This document shows positions 51,850-64,000 of a DNA stretch of 64,000 bases, piece after piece (position 1 is the first letter of the stretch; each line of letters begins with the position of its first letter). The position numbers were made by a program, and so were the translations under genes. Source of the DNA: Octopus sinensis (Eukaryota); the NCBI RefSeq assembly GCF_006345805.1, contig NC_043002.1:110918001-110982000 (forward strand), given 5' to 3'. The notes under the pieces were generated by a model. The model worked only from the letters and a program-made list of their open reading frames with translations. It was not told where the DNA came from and made no database searches.

Positions 51850-52590
51850 AGCAAGCTCATTACTCTCAAGAGCAACTAAGAGGGCATCAAAGAAGAAGGA
51901 AGTGTATGGATGAAGAAGAACATGCTCATTACCTCAGCCAGTAGATAGAGAGAGACCAACAAAAAGAGGTGCGATGAATGGAAAAGAGTGTGATCATTAC
52001 TTGCAGCAGAAAAGAGAGCAAGTCCAACAAAGAATGAACCACATCGAATGAAGAGTGTGTGAATTATTTACAACAACAAAGTGATAGAATTCAACATAGA
52101 AGAATTGAAATGAATGACAAAAGAGTGCAAGCATTATCAACAACACAGAGAATGTGATTGACATAGAAGAAATAATATAGAAGATGATGAGAGCAAATTA
52201 CCTTAATTTTCAAAGGAGAATGTGACAACAAAGAAGACATGGAGGAGAAATCGATATTGCTCAGCATCAACAGGTTTAATTTACAACATTGGAGGGATGA
52301 ATGTCTAGTGTACGAGTACTGCAATGCTCTTTGATTTCCCAATGAAGCTCTAACATGTTGTCAGAATGGAAAAGTAAAACCTCCCTCCACTTATCCAAAT
52401 GAGAAGAAGTTGCTGTTTGATGAAAACAATGATGAGGCAACTTCGTTTCCTAACAACACATGAAATTACAGTTGTGCCATTTCTTTTGCTTCATTGGATG
52501 CTAACATTGTTGTGCCAAAATGGCATGATCCCTATTGTTTCAAAATTCAAAAACAAACATACCACACCATATCCACTCTACATGCTGCAG

Positions 52591-52972
52591 GTGGAGGCGC
52601 AATGGCCCAGTGGTTAGGGCAGCGGACTCGCGGTCGTAGGATCGCGGTTTCGATTCCCAGACCGGGCGTTGTGAGTGTTTATTGAGCGAAAACACCTAAA
52701 GCTCCACGAGGCTCCGGCAGGGGATGGTGGTGATCCCTGCTGTACTCTTTCACCACAACTTTCTCTCACTCTTACTTCCTGTTTCTGCTGTACCTGTACT
52801 TCAAAGGGCTGGCCTTGTCACTCTCTGTGTCATGCTGAATATCCCCGAGAACTACGTTGAGGGTACACGTGTCTGTGGAGTGCTCAGCCACTTACACGTT
52901 AATTTCACGAGCAGGCTGTTCCGTTGATTCGGATCAACCGGAACCCTCGTCGTCGTAACCAACGGAGTGCTT
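52591..52972 (+). mobile_element. SINE C with tail T1
   Basis: TSD CCACTC(T/C)ACATGCTGCAG at 52573-52590 and 52973-52990. Confidence 0.95.
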
Positions 52973-53239
52973 CCACTCCACATGCTGCAGATGAACAGCC
53001 TCAGTATGGTTAGTTATATATCATTGATGCACATGAAGCATTACAACATCATTTTGAAGCTCCTCAGAATACCCACTGCTTACTTAATGTTATGGAACAG
53101 AGCAACCCATATATTGAGGTATACAAGAACATGCTTAGAATGGAACAGCAAGAAGAGGAACATGGTCAGAGAAAAAAAATGCTACTCCTTATAAAGTTAA
53201 GCTCCACTTCTGACATAGTCCAGGTATTTGGCACTATAA

Positions 53240-53395
53240 TTTCCCTCTGTCTATTCTGTCTACCAAATCTACACAAAAGGCTTTGGCTGACCTGAGGTTA
53301 TGGCAGGAGACGCTTGTCCAAGGAGCCACACAGTGGGACTAAACTTGGAATCGTGTGGCTGGGAAGCAAGCTTCTTTCCACACAGCCATGTCTGC
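53240..53395 (-). mobile_element. Old diverged relative of the SINE A head
   Basis: Degenerate ctaccaaatc..aaggctttgg..cagtgggact..ccacacagcc. Confidence 0.65.
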
Positions 53396-54870
53396 ATGAG
53401 TGTGGTTGCCTAGGTCAATAAACTCTTAATTAAACAAATATTAAATTCACTTGAATAATTAAATGAAATACAGATCTCTGTACATTATAAGTGATACAAG
53501 TTTATTAATACCTATGCAAGGTACTAGTTTGTGCAAGGAACTAGTAAACTAATCTGGCAGCTGTGGTAATTTGAAGCTTCTTCTTGTAAATTAGTGCAGA
53601 TTATAAGAGATTCCAAACCATCAGTGAATGATGGCAAGACAGTGTTATACTGTATAATGAAAATAATATTAATCATTGATTAATAGTTGGGTTTTTTTCC
53701 TGTTCAACTCAGGTTTGTTTCTTTGAACTTGCTCTTCCTTACTCTCAGAGGTTTGGCATCAATAAAGGTTTTTGCTATGTAATGAGAATCTCTCACACAC
53801 ACATTCATAAATATTAGCATACAACCTACTGTAGTCACTGTAGCGTTTAGCAATAGTCATCCATTAAATGAAATGGCAGTGTCAACAACTACATAGAAGA
53901 AGATTTAATGGGAGGTAGAATACAACCTCTCTTGATGTCAATACAAGATAAATGTTAGTTGGATGAGATACATCTGGCTATTAAAATTTTGCTAAGATTA
54001 TTGCTGTTCTTCCATGAAGAACTCATTTATGGATCTATGATTGAAAGAGGTGTGACTTAGGGTTTGCTATTTGTATCTGTAATGTTACAGCAGGGAGGTA
54101 TTCACTATCCTGACTATAATCTCCCTGTGATGTTAAAACATTAAAAGTACCATGGAATTAGTAGTAGGGGGTTACCTTTAATGTGATCTGACAAATGCAG
54201 CCTTGCATACAATTATGAATACAGACAGCTATATAAAAACACAAGTATATGAATGTTTGAATACAAACACAATCACAAATACATACTCTCTCCTGTATAC
54301 ATACATGTGAATGCAAATATATACACATTTGTAATAATATATAATTAAATATTTAATCTCATGCTCATATTTACACACACACAAACACACACAAACACAC
54401 ACAAACACACACATACATAAATATACACATACATATATGCATGCCCACATACTGGCATCCAGGCATAGCTTCTTGTTCATGCAGTCATATACCTACTCAC
54501 CCATAGCTCTGTAGGGATCCAATAATTATAGACATGTTATCTGTCTTGAGTTAGCAACAAAATGTAACTACAATCTTTTCATGTAAAAATGAAAGGTTGA
54601 AGTAAAAGAAAAAAAGAAAACAATAGTAAACAGGTGAGGAATATTTATTGTCAGAATACAAACTATGGTGAGTGCTATGATGGAAAAGGTAAAACATGGC
54701 CATGGTAAGACAGCAATGTTGAGATTTCCATTTTCACATATAATCTGTATTTCCTTGAAAAAAGACATGACTATTGCAAAATCTCATGTCTTTTTCTCCC
54801 CTTGAAAATAATTCTTGTGCCTACCAAAACAAAGAAAGAAAAAACTTACTATTTGCACATAAACATAAAA

Positions 54871-55220
54871 GTCCCACTGCGTGGCATCTTGGACAAGTGT
54901 CTTCTGCTATAGCCCCGGGCCAACCAATGCCTTGTGAGTGGATTTGGTAGACGGAAACTGAAAGAAGCCTGTCGAATATGTGTATATATGTGTGTATGTG
55001 TATGTGTTTCTGTGTCTGTGTTTGTTACCCTAGCATTGCTTGACAACCGATGCTGGTGTGTTTACGTCCCCGTCACTTAGCGGTTCGGCAAAAGAGACCG
55101 ATAGAATAAGTACTGGGCTTACAAAGAATAAGTCCCGGGGTCGATTTGCTCGACTAAAGGCGGTGCTCCAGCATGGCCGCAGTAAACTGACTGAAACATG
55201 TAAAAGAGTAAAAGAGAGTA
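54871..55220 (+). mobile_element. SINE family A, 5'-truncated
   Basis: Begins inside the B box; tail intact. Confidence 0.9.
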
Positions 55221-56422
55221 AACATGTTCTAAATTTAATCCTCCTTGATAATAACCGTGGGCTTGAAAAAGTAAGTACCAGTTACACACTGTTGTTGAAT
55301 TAATGTTTCAGCTTATGCTTATGTGAAAAATTAATGTTATAATGTCTTATAATAAGTCTGCTTGCCATTCCATTACTTAGCCTGTTGGTAATGCTTTCAC
55401 ATGATCAGAGAAAAAGAGGGAGAATGAAAAGTGCAAGAGAGGAAAAGAAGGAGAGAGAAGTACGTATGATGTGAGGGAACGTGATCGGTGTTGCGGTTAT
55501 CTTCACATGTATATGTTTTGTGCTTGTTTAGATCATGTAGGAAATAGTGATTTAGTGATGGTACTAAGTATTAAGTGGGCCTTAAGTACAATATTCTGCT
55601 AAAACAACTACATTGAAGTTAGTATCAATTAGTAGTGCCTTGCAGTAATATGCAGGCTGTCAGGCCTCAATATTTCATGTTAGCTTTATAATGACACAGA
55701 GAGCTTGCATCAACAGTAACAACAACAATAATATGGACCAAAGTGGTGAGTTGTGTGCAGTAGTTCAATGTGCTAGAAGTAGCAGCAAAATGTCTCTTAG
55801 ATCACATACTAACATCGTAAAAAAAAAATTAAGTACTCAAGTACATGCCCCTAAAAAAAAGGTTGACCCCGACTGAAATGCTTTAGATCATAGGTCCACT
55901 TAATTAAGATTGACCAAGCAACAAGAGTTTTTAACCCAGTGCTAGAGTGAAAGAAGACTTAATTAATAATGAACTAACAATATGGAAATATTGGAATATT
56001 TGAACAATTTTTTTATATTCCACTTTGTTCGGGAGGAAACGGCAGCTGCCATGACCTTTTTAAAGCCACCAATACCAGTGAGAAGAAAGGTAGATTGCAA
56101 TCTTTACACATAATGATTTACATAATACTCGTAAAAGCAGGGATCACTCCTAACGCAGCTCAATTCTACCATGGGATAATGTTGCTCTAGCTACACTGTT
56201 TTTCTTTATCCTTTTATTCTTTTATTTGTTTCAGTCATTGGACTACAACCATTTCGAAGTACTAGTCATATCAACCCCAGTACTAATTTTAACTTTGGTA
56301 CTTATTACTCTTTGTTTCTGAACCTGAAAAGTTGTGGGACTCATCACTGTTTTTGAAATCATGTTAATGTAAAGACAGACATAGAGATAACCTCATGCAA
56401 GCATGCATGCACACACGCACAT

Positions 56423-56481
<59 letters not shown>

Positions 56482-56760
56482 CACACACACACACACACAC
56501 ACACACACGTACGCACGCACGCACACATTCACAAATGACATGCTTCTGCACAGTTTCCATCTATCAATTCCACTCACAAGGCTGTAGCTTCTACTGAGGC
56601 TATAGTAGAAGACAAATGGAATGTTGTTTGACTAAATCTGACACCCTATAATTCTGAAGCAAACATATTAACCACAAAACTATCTGTGCACTTATGTCTA
56701 AAAATATAAAAAAGACTGGATGGTCACAACTACAATGTCTTTGATCATAGGTTTCCTTAA

Positions 56761-56981
56761 CCCATTCGTTACTGGATTTATTTTGAGATGCTCTGTGTTT
56801 CTTTCAATTACTTTAAATATAACAAAAAATTTAGTAAAATAACTTAGTTGTCATTCAGCTAGTTTTAGGAACATAAATTGTGACTAAGGTTTGGTGGTAT
56901 ATTTTAATGCAAATCTTATGAAAACAAGACATTTGTACTATAGAGCCAGAGCCGATTTCAGCCGGGTTAGTAACAAAAGGA
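56761..56981 (+). mobile_element. piggyBac-like MITE
   Basis: TTAA|CCCATTCGTTACT ... AGTAACAAAAGG degenerate TIRs; second copy at 32642. Confidence 0.72.
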
Positions 56982-57310
56982 TCAGTCTTGAGCTAGACAA
57001 CACTATACTACATTACTCATCTGATTCACACAAAAAATAGCACTACAATATCTCAAAGCTGTTAAAACTCAATATTCCATGCATATCTTATTTTATAAAA
57101 CCATGAAAATTGTTCACTTGACACTCTTTACCTTTTTATAGGCTGCTTGTGCTATACCACACATATACAACATTTCCTTTTGAAATCAATGAGAATCAGT
57201 TTTTTTCAAACTTAAAATAGTTCTTCATCTCTTTTTTTAGGTTCAGAAAATCGTAAATATTATATTTCCATGTGCACACACACACACAACACACACACAC
57301 ACACACACAC

Positions 57311-57676
57311 ATGGAAGCACTCCGTCGGTTCTGACGACGAGGGTTCCGGTTGATCCGATCAACGGAACAGCCTGCTCGTGAAATTAACGTGTAAGTGGCT
57401 GAGCACTCCACAGACACGTGTACCCTTAACATAGTTCTCGGGGATATTCAGTGTGACACAGAGAGTGACAAGGCCGGCCCTTTGAAATACAGGTACAACA
57501 GAAACAGGAAGTAAGAGAGAGAGAGAGTTGTGGTGAAAGAGTACAGCAAGGATCACCACCATCCCCTGCAGGAGCCTCGTGGAGCTTTTAGGTGTTTTCG
57601 CTCGGTCTGGGAATCGAAACCGCGATCCTACGACCGCGAGTCCACTGCCCTAACCACTGGGCCATTGCGCCTCCAC
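57311..57676 (-). mobile_element. SINE C with tail T1 in (CA)n, with a ~20-bp internal deletion
   Basis: Consensus match. Confidence 0.92.
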
Positions 57677-58476
57677 TCACACACACATACAGATCCGCGC
57701 ACCAAACACATACACACTCTCACACATATATGCATATATAAATAAGTTTAACTTATTTATTCATTACTGCTTCTCTGTTTTCCAAGAAATCACAGTGAAA
57801 ACACAATTACCACCTTAAATTATTGAAGAAAAAATAGCTAAAGCAAAAAAATATAACAAATTAAATTCCAAGTCAAACAATTCATTTTTAATTCCAAATT
57901 AACACCAATAGAAATAGATATCAATCACAAGTTGGAATTACAAAAGTCATCAAGTGAAAATATTGAAAAAAAAAATTGGTAATTAAATTAAAAACACAGC
58001 TTTCTTCATGGAATGTTGTAACAACTGTAACTTGTTAACACTGATAATGTTCATTAATTAGTTTGCATTATATTCACTGATTGAGGCAGGACATTGTTGT
58101 AATATTAATTAACAATGGATGAGTATGGATGCTATCAGTACGTAGATGGGGGCTGAGTTTAGATATCATTCTTGTATTCACTGACTAAAATCTGGATATC
58201 ACTGCAGTATTTATAACTGGTGAGTAACAATGTCATCACTGCAATTGCTCTTTCAGCTCAGATATTGCAGTGATATCAAATAACAAGAGGAGTGTGGGTG
58301 ATATCAGTGACAGGATGATGATTAAGCATTGATGATATTATTATCGTATTTACTGACTAAGCTTGGATATTACTGTGGTGTTTTATGAATAATGGGTGAG
58401 TTTAATCATTATCAGTATGTAAATGATGGTTGAGTATGAATATCATCAATATATTCACTGACTCAGCCAAGATATT

Positions 58477-58887
58477 TATTTCTTTACTATCCACAAGGGG
58501 CTAAACATAGAGGGGACAAACAAGGACAGACAAACGGATTAAGTCGATTACATCGACCCCAGTGCGTAACTGGTACTTAATTTATCGACCCTGAAAGGAT
58601 GAAAGGCAAAATCGACCTCGGCGGAACTTGAACTCAAAACGTAACGGCAGACGAAATACCTATTTCTTTACTACCCACAAGGGGCTAAACACAGAGGGGA
58701 CAAACAAGGACAGACAAATGGATTAAGTCGATTACATCGACCCCAGTGCATAACTGGTACTTAATTTATCGACCCTGAAAGGATGAAAGGCAAAGTCGAC
58801 CTCGGCGGAATTTGAACTCAAAACGTAACGGCAGACGAAATATGGCTACGCATTTCGTCCGGCATGCTAACATTTCTGCCAGCTCAT
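58477..58887 (-). mobile_element. SINE D tandem (partial plus full copy)
   Basis: 58477-58640 duplicates 58641-58804. Confidence 0.9.
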
Positions 58888-59107
58888 TGCTATGATATCA
58901 ATAATGGATGAGTGTGGATATCATCAATGTTATCACTGTCTCAGTCTGGACATTGCTGTAGTATTAACTCAGTATGGGTGATGTATAGATATTATTAGAA
59001 CACTGTTGATAGTTGAGTATTATTATGGTCCACCAACTGAGCCTGGATATAGTTGTGATATTAAAGTAACAATGATTGAGTATGGATATTATTATTGTAT
59101 ATTGTTA

Positions 59108-59330
59108 GGTGGTGAGCTGGTAGAATTGTTAGCATGTCGGACAAAATGCTTAGTGTTATTTCTTTCAGCTTTATATTCTGAGTTCAAATACCACCAAGGT
59201 CAACTTTGCTCTCATCCTTTCAGAGTTGATAAAGTAAGCACCAGTTGAGCACTGGGGTTGATGTAAGCATCTAGCCTGTTTCCCAAAAACTTCAGGCTTT
59301 GTGCCTATAGTAGAAAGATTTATTTATTCT
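59108..59330 (+). mobile_element. Old SINE D relative with a different tail
   Basis: ggtgagctggtagaattgttagc..gagttcaaat..tcatccttt..gataaagtaagcaccag. Confidence 0.7.
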
Positions 59331-59532
59331 ATCATGAATGAATTTACATATTGCTGTGGAGTTAGAAGTAGGTAGGAATGGAAAGTATCTGTACGTAGAT
59401 AATGATTGATATCATTGTTTACACTGATTGAGCCAGAACATTGTTGTGATACAAGATGAAAAATATATTAATTCAAAAATGATGGATGATAGTAGTTATT
59501 ATCATTGAACCCACTGACTGAGTTTGCATTTT

Positions 59533-59828
59533 ACAGGCATAGTGGTTAGGATATTCGGCTCAAAATTGTAAGGTCCTGAGTTTGATACCCAGTGGTGCAT
59601 TATGTCCTTGAGCGAGACACTTTATTTCATGTTTCTTCAGGGTCCACTTAGCTGGCAAAATGGGTAGAATCTGTATTTCAAAGGGCCAGCCTTGTCATGT
59701 ACTGTGTCATACTAAATCTCCCTGAGAATTACATAAAGGTTATGTGTGTCTGTGGAGTACTCGGCCACTTGAATATTAATTTTATGAGCAGGCTGTTCTG
59801 TCAATCATCATAACCAATGGAGTGCCAG
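59533..59828 (+). mobile_element. Old SINE E head with tail T1
   Basis: Degenerate match to 49259-49592. Confidence 0.75.
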
Positions 59829-60692
59829 TTATGTTAAATGGATCAGAATGAATATTATCAATACACTAAGGACAGATGAGTGGGATCATCATCTATATAG
59901 ACACTAACAAAGCCCAAGCATTTCTCTGAAATCAATAATAGGTGATATGGATATAATCAGTACATAATTGATGATTGACTATGAATATTATTATCATTGT
60001 AGTTAATAACAGAGCACTGATATTATCAAATTTGATAATGGATGACATAGATATCATCATGTAATGATGGTTGGATCTGGATATTATCATTTCAATCACT
60101 ATCAAGTGTTAATAACTAAATGAGGATATTGCTATGAATTAATAATGGATGGCTGAATGTGAAGATTATATTGTGTTAACGATAGGTGAAACTGACATTG
60201 CCATTGTATTTACTGGCTGAGTATAAACATCATAAAGTTATTATAAATTAATTTTGATGCATATAATGCAATTTTGATTCTGATACACATTTCATAATCA
60301 AAAAAATAAAATGAGTCAAATTTATAAATATATTTTACTCAAAAAATATTTGTTTACTCAGCTTTAATGAAGCTATATGGAGCCTCTCTGCAGGCAATCA
60401 ACTGGCTAGAATTAGCAGTCAAATCCCTGAAATCCTATACTATTATCTTAGATAAAAGATACATAGGATAAGATAGTCTCTAATATGGTCACAAGTGACT
60501 GTCTATGATTGTAGATCTGTTCAATCAAGGCTGAGGGGATGGGGAGAGGACTTTGGAAAATTCACAAGGTTCTCAAGATCTGAGATTTTCCTTCGAAACT
60601 TTGAGGAAAATATAATCCTTTTGAACTCACAAATTAGGCTTTCCCTCAGGAACTTGGATGCTAAACATCCCTTTGAAGGGTTTGGGTCCTTA

Positions 60693-62480
60693 CTTCTAAA
60701 TATATATATCTGTAATATATGCGACAATTATTTGGTTGACATAATAAAACACCAAGTTTCGGATGTTGGGGCAGAAATCTGCTCTGGCATCTTGTCAGTT
60801 ATTACGACAAGCAAAGATGCTATGAAAATGACTGCTAACTTAAAAATCAGTTTTAGCTCAACTACTTAATTTTTAAAATATAATCGCACACAACACACAA
60901 AAACAATAAAATGAAACCAGCTGTTCATGCATGGATAAAAAGTTGTGCCTGCTAAATGGAGCTTGCATGTCTGAAACAACTGTAGACTCTACAACCACTA
61001 AGGACATAGTTTCTTCAAAGAAATATGTGGGTCTCACAGAGGGGAATTTTAAAGCCAGGTTCAACAATCACACCTTGAGCTTCAGGAACTGGGAAAAAAG
61101 AAAAACAACCAAATTATCCAGTCATATATGGTCCTTAAAAGAAAAAGGTGTCAATTACAACATCCATTGGATGATCTTAGCCAAGAGTAAGCCTTACACC
61201 AACGGCAGTGGAAAGTGCGGTCTTTGTGATATGAAAAGATGGCTCATCTGGAAAAGCAGCTTAGGCCCTGCTACATGTCTAAATTCTAAAACTGAACTTT
61301 TTGGATCCTGTCCATATATGGCTTAATATTTGTTATGTTTTTCGTCCTCCAAGATCACAGATAGAACCTGCCTTTTATATTGTGCCCACATACAAGCATT
61401 TTATCTCTGCATATATTTTTACATATTTTTATATACATTTTTATTGTTTTATATATTTTTACATATTTTTATATATTTTTTATTGTTTTATATATTTTTA
61501 CGTATATTTCTGTGTATTACCTTTCACCCTGCATTTTTTTTTGTGCATGTGTGTATATAGATGTGTATATGAACATATTTTGTATACGTATGGGTATAAA
61601 TACGTGTGTGGGGGTATGTATATGTGTACATGTGTATTGTTGCATACGTATGTATGCATATAGGTGTGGGTGTGGGTGTGCATACATGTGCTTCATGCAA
61701 ATGTGCGTGAGAATATGCATGTATAGCATATGCGTATTTAGACGTGTATATGAATATAATTGTGCACGTATGGGTATGTGTATGTGTGCACATGTGGGTG
61801 GATATGTATGTGTACATATGTATGGTTGCATATATATGTACACATATAGGCATGTGTGTGGGTATGCATGTATGTATTTCACGTGAGTGTAAGTGAGCAT
61901 ATGCATATAAGCACATGTACTTGGGTGTGCATGTGCACATGTGTATGTATGTACATGCATGCATACGTGAATTCTATGAGCACTTTTTTCTCCCCTTTGA
62001 TTTTTTCCCTTTATTTAACCGGTCATTCTAATAGTTCTTTTGTTTGTCCTAATAACAGTCATTTTCATAGTAATTTTCCTTTGTTTAACGGTTATTTGCC
62101 TAGCATTTTTGTTTGTCTTAATAACTGACAAGATGCCAGAGCAAATTTCCACCCCGACACCCAAAACTCAGAGTTTTATTATGGCAACTGAGGCATGTAA
62201 AAAGCACCATCCGACCATGGCCGTTTGCCAGACTTGTCTGGCACCTGTGCAGGTGGCACGTAAAAAGCACCCACTATACTCATGGAGTGGTTGGTGTTAG
62301 GAAGGGCATCCAGCCGTAGAAACATTGCCAGATCTGACTGGGCCTGGTGCAGCCTTCTGGCTTCCCAGACCCCAGTTGCACCGTCCAACCCATGCCAGCA
62401 TGGAAAGCGGACGCTAAACGATGATGATGATGTAATATAATCATTGCATATATAACAACCGAATGTTATATTACAGATAA
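60693..62480 (+). mobile_element. Penelope-like element with GIY-YIG ORF and inverted 5' pLTR
   Basis: NLKISFSS, CLLNGACM..KKYVGLTEGNFKARFNNH..LSSHIWSLK..CGLC..LNSKTELFGSC (about 60830-61326). 60742-60804 is an inverted copy of 62119-62181. Confidence 0.85.
62190..62432 (+). mobile_element. Repeat B (2 units) inserted in the PLE 3' repeat
   Basis: Motifs and (GAT)n tail; similarity to the inverted 5' copy resumes after it. Confidence 0.88.
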
Positions 62481-63149
62481 ATTCCTCTATTTACATAATA
62501 TTGAGGTCTCATCCATTCTTTTGTTGTCATACTATTACTATATATATATACACACACACATATATGATATCACTCACTCGCTCCATTTGACCCATGACAT
62601 TGCTATGCCATTGGAAGTTTCGCTACACAAAGTACATTACATGAAAGATGTGTCTCTCTCCCTCCCTCCACACAAAAGTGAAACGTATTACTTTACCCGA
62701 TTAAAATTTTGGCATGAAAAATTACAAAAAGAAAGTGAAAATATTGGATACCATTTGAAAACTAGTGATTTTTAAGAGGTATGTAAAAGATATTTTGTTT
62801 TAATTATAATACTTTGTTATACAAACACTAACATGGTTTTTATAAAGATTTTGTTCATTCTTTCTCTCTCCTGTCTAGACTTTGTTACCACTAATTTTTA
62901 TAAAGGTGCACTTGTAAAAATTTAACGAAATTTTAAAGAAAGAATCAGACCCCATTTTCCGGACGAAAAAGGGTTTTGTGTCATATTAGGTCACCGCAAT
63001 TCATTCATCGAAAAAAAGAAAAGCATTTTCCAATAATTCTGGTCCCCGCTCCCTACTTTTTCCGAAGAAAAATAAGGGGTTTACTGCACATTAGGCATTC
63101 ATAATGCATGCTGTTTAAAGGGTGTTTATATACAATTTCATTGAAAGAT

Positions 63150-63580
63150 ATCTATTTTCCTCAAACTTACGAGGGAAAAACTCTGATCTTGTGAATCTTG
63201 TGAATTTTCCGAAGTCCTTTTCCCCCACCCCCACCCCATTGCTTTCTGCGCACTTTTGTTTTCAGGTTCGTTTCCTACATGGGTGTGTGTGAAGTAGAAA
63301 GATATCCATTTTACTCAAAGTTACGAAGGAAAAACATCGGCTCTTATGAATCTTTCGAAGTTCTCTCCCTACCCCAACAGAAGAGATTTTCCCCACAAAT
63401 TTCTTTATAATCATAATCTATACCGTTTGAAAGGTATTTATATAAAATTTCATTTAAAAAATACCATTTTCCTAAAAGTTATGAGGGAAAAACATTGGAT
63501 CTTGTGAATTTTCCAAAGGCCTCTCCGCACCCCATGTTGCTTTCCAGGCATTTTTGTTTTCATATTTGTTTCCTATACCT
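63150..63580. repeat. Three degenerate ~155-bp tandem units; inverted solo copy at about 60533-60616
   Basis: ATTTT(C/A)CT(C/A)AAA(C/G)TTA(C/T)GA(G/A)GGAAAAAC at about 63155, 63307 and 63466. Confidence 0.7.
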
Positions 63581-63728
63581 TTTTGTTTACTTGTTGCACT
63601 ATTTTTTTTTTGGTTTCGATTTCATTTCCGGGTAATAATGTCAGCATTTACCTTATTTTGCATTTTGCAATAATATAAAAAAACTAAATTATTTTAAATT
63701 TGCCAATATGTACATATAATTTGGTGGT

Positions 63729-64000
63729 TTACATCGCGGATGTAGATGGTTGTGGATCATCAACATCAACAGCTGACTCTGGCTATTCTTGCTGTTTGAT
63801 GCGCTTAAAAAACCTGGTTGAGAGTTCCTTGAACTGTCTTCTTCTTTTCCTCAAGGATTACATTATAAGGAGCAAAAGCTTCATGACAATCTCCCATAAT
63901 CTTGGAAAAGCATTGAGCATTTGGGTCCACATCCTCGAACATAGAATGACTTTTTTCGATATATGCAAAAGCTTGCTGCATTTTCTTAATGGTAAAGTGA
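63729..64000 (-). pseudogene. Tigger/pogo-type transposase C-terminus (runs off the window)
   Basis: FTIKKMQQAFAYIEK..FEDVDPNAQCFSKI..YNVILEEKKKTVQGTL, frameshift, then FFKR..PQPSTS. Confidence 0.75.

Larger units (their letters stand above)
51305..53200 (+). pseudogene. Helitron RepHel N-terminal remnant split by two SINE C copies
   Basis: 23-aa periodic MTEEEQAHY..RRRKC/MDEEEHAHY. Then YCNAL.FPNE..TCCQNGKV, NYSCAISFAS, FKIQKQTYHTISTL and QYG.LYIID, matching the Helitron pre-Rep region. Confidence 0.8.
58050..60230. repeat. Degenerate satellite-like array interrupted by SINEs
   Basis: Recurrent (C/T)ACTGACTGAG..TGGATATT and ATGGATGAGT..GGATAT motifs. Confidence 0.6.

Noticed and set aside
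58900-58985. Reflectin-like MDE.GY motif
   Set aside because: Short, stop-ridden frames in a degenerate satellite; lacks the MDMSNY..MDMYGRY signature.

Overview
Very AT-rich eukaryotic non-coding DNA, dominated by repeats. The SINE families and microsatellite load look like a coleoid cephalopod, probably Octopus; this is recognition only, not a search result. I found no intact nameable protein-coding gene, rRNA, true tRNA gene or CRISPR array, and most listed ORFs are translated microsatellites or SINEs. The window contains: (1) four tRNA-headed SINE lineages (my labels A, C, D, E), often with 9-18 bp target-site duplications (TSDs) and with heads and tails swapped between lineages; (2) RTE-clade LINE remnants, including one whose 3' UTR is the source of a dispersed repeat ('B') carrying a variable-copy array of 61-68 bp units; (3) Penelope-like element (PLE) remnants with hammerhead ribozyme motifs, several arranged as outward-facing inverted repeats beside (TA)n; (4) two decayed RepHel Helitrons and four non-autonomous Helitrons with 1-5 internal ~100 bp units; (5) mariner, maT (DD37D), Tc2/pogo-type, Tigger-like and piggyBac-like DNA elements; (6) a solo LTR with a kB/ETS/NRF1-like motif cluster; (7) an ORF1-like zinc-knuckle ORF with no ORF2 and a hammerhead about 300 bp downstream; (8) a pre-miRNA-sized hairpin; (9) a few phase-compatible candidate exons on the minus strand, suggesting the window may be intronic in an unidentified gene. 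Coordinates were counted by hand; element ends without TSDs may be off by a few bases.
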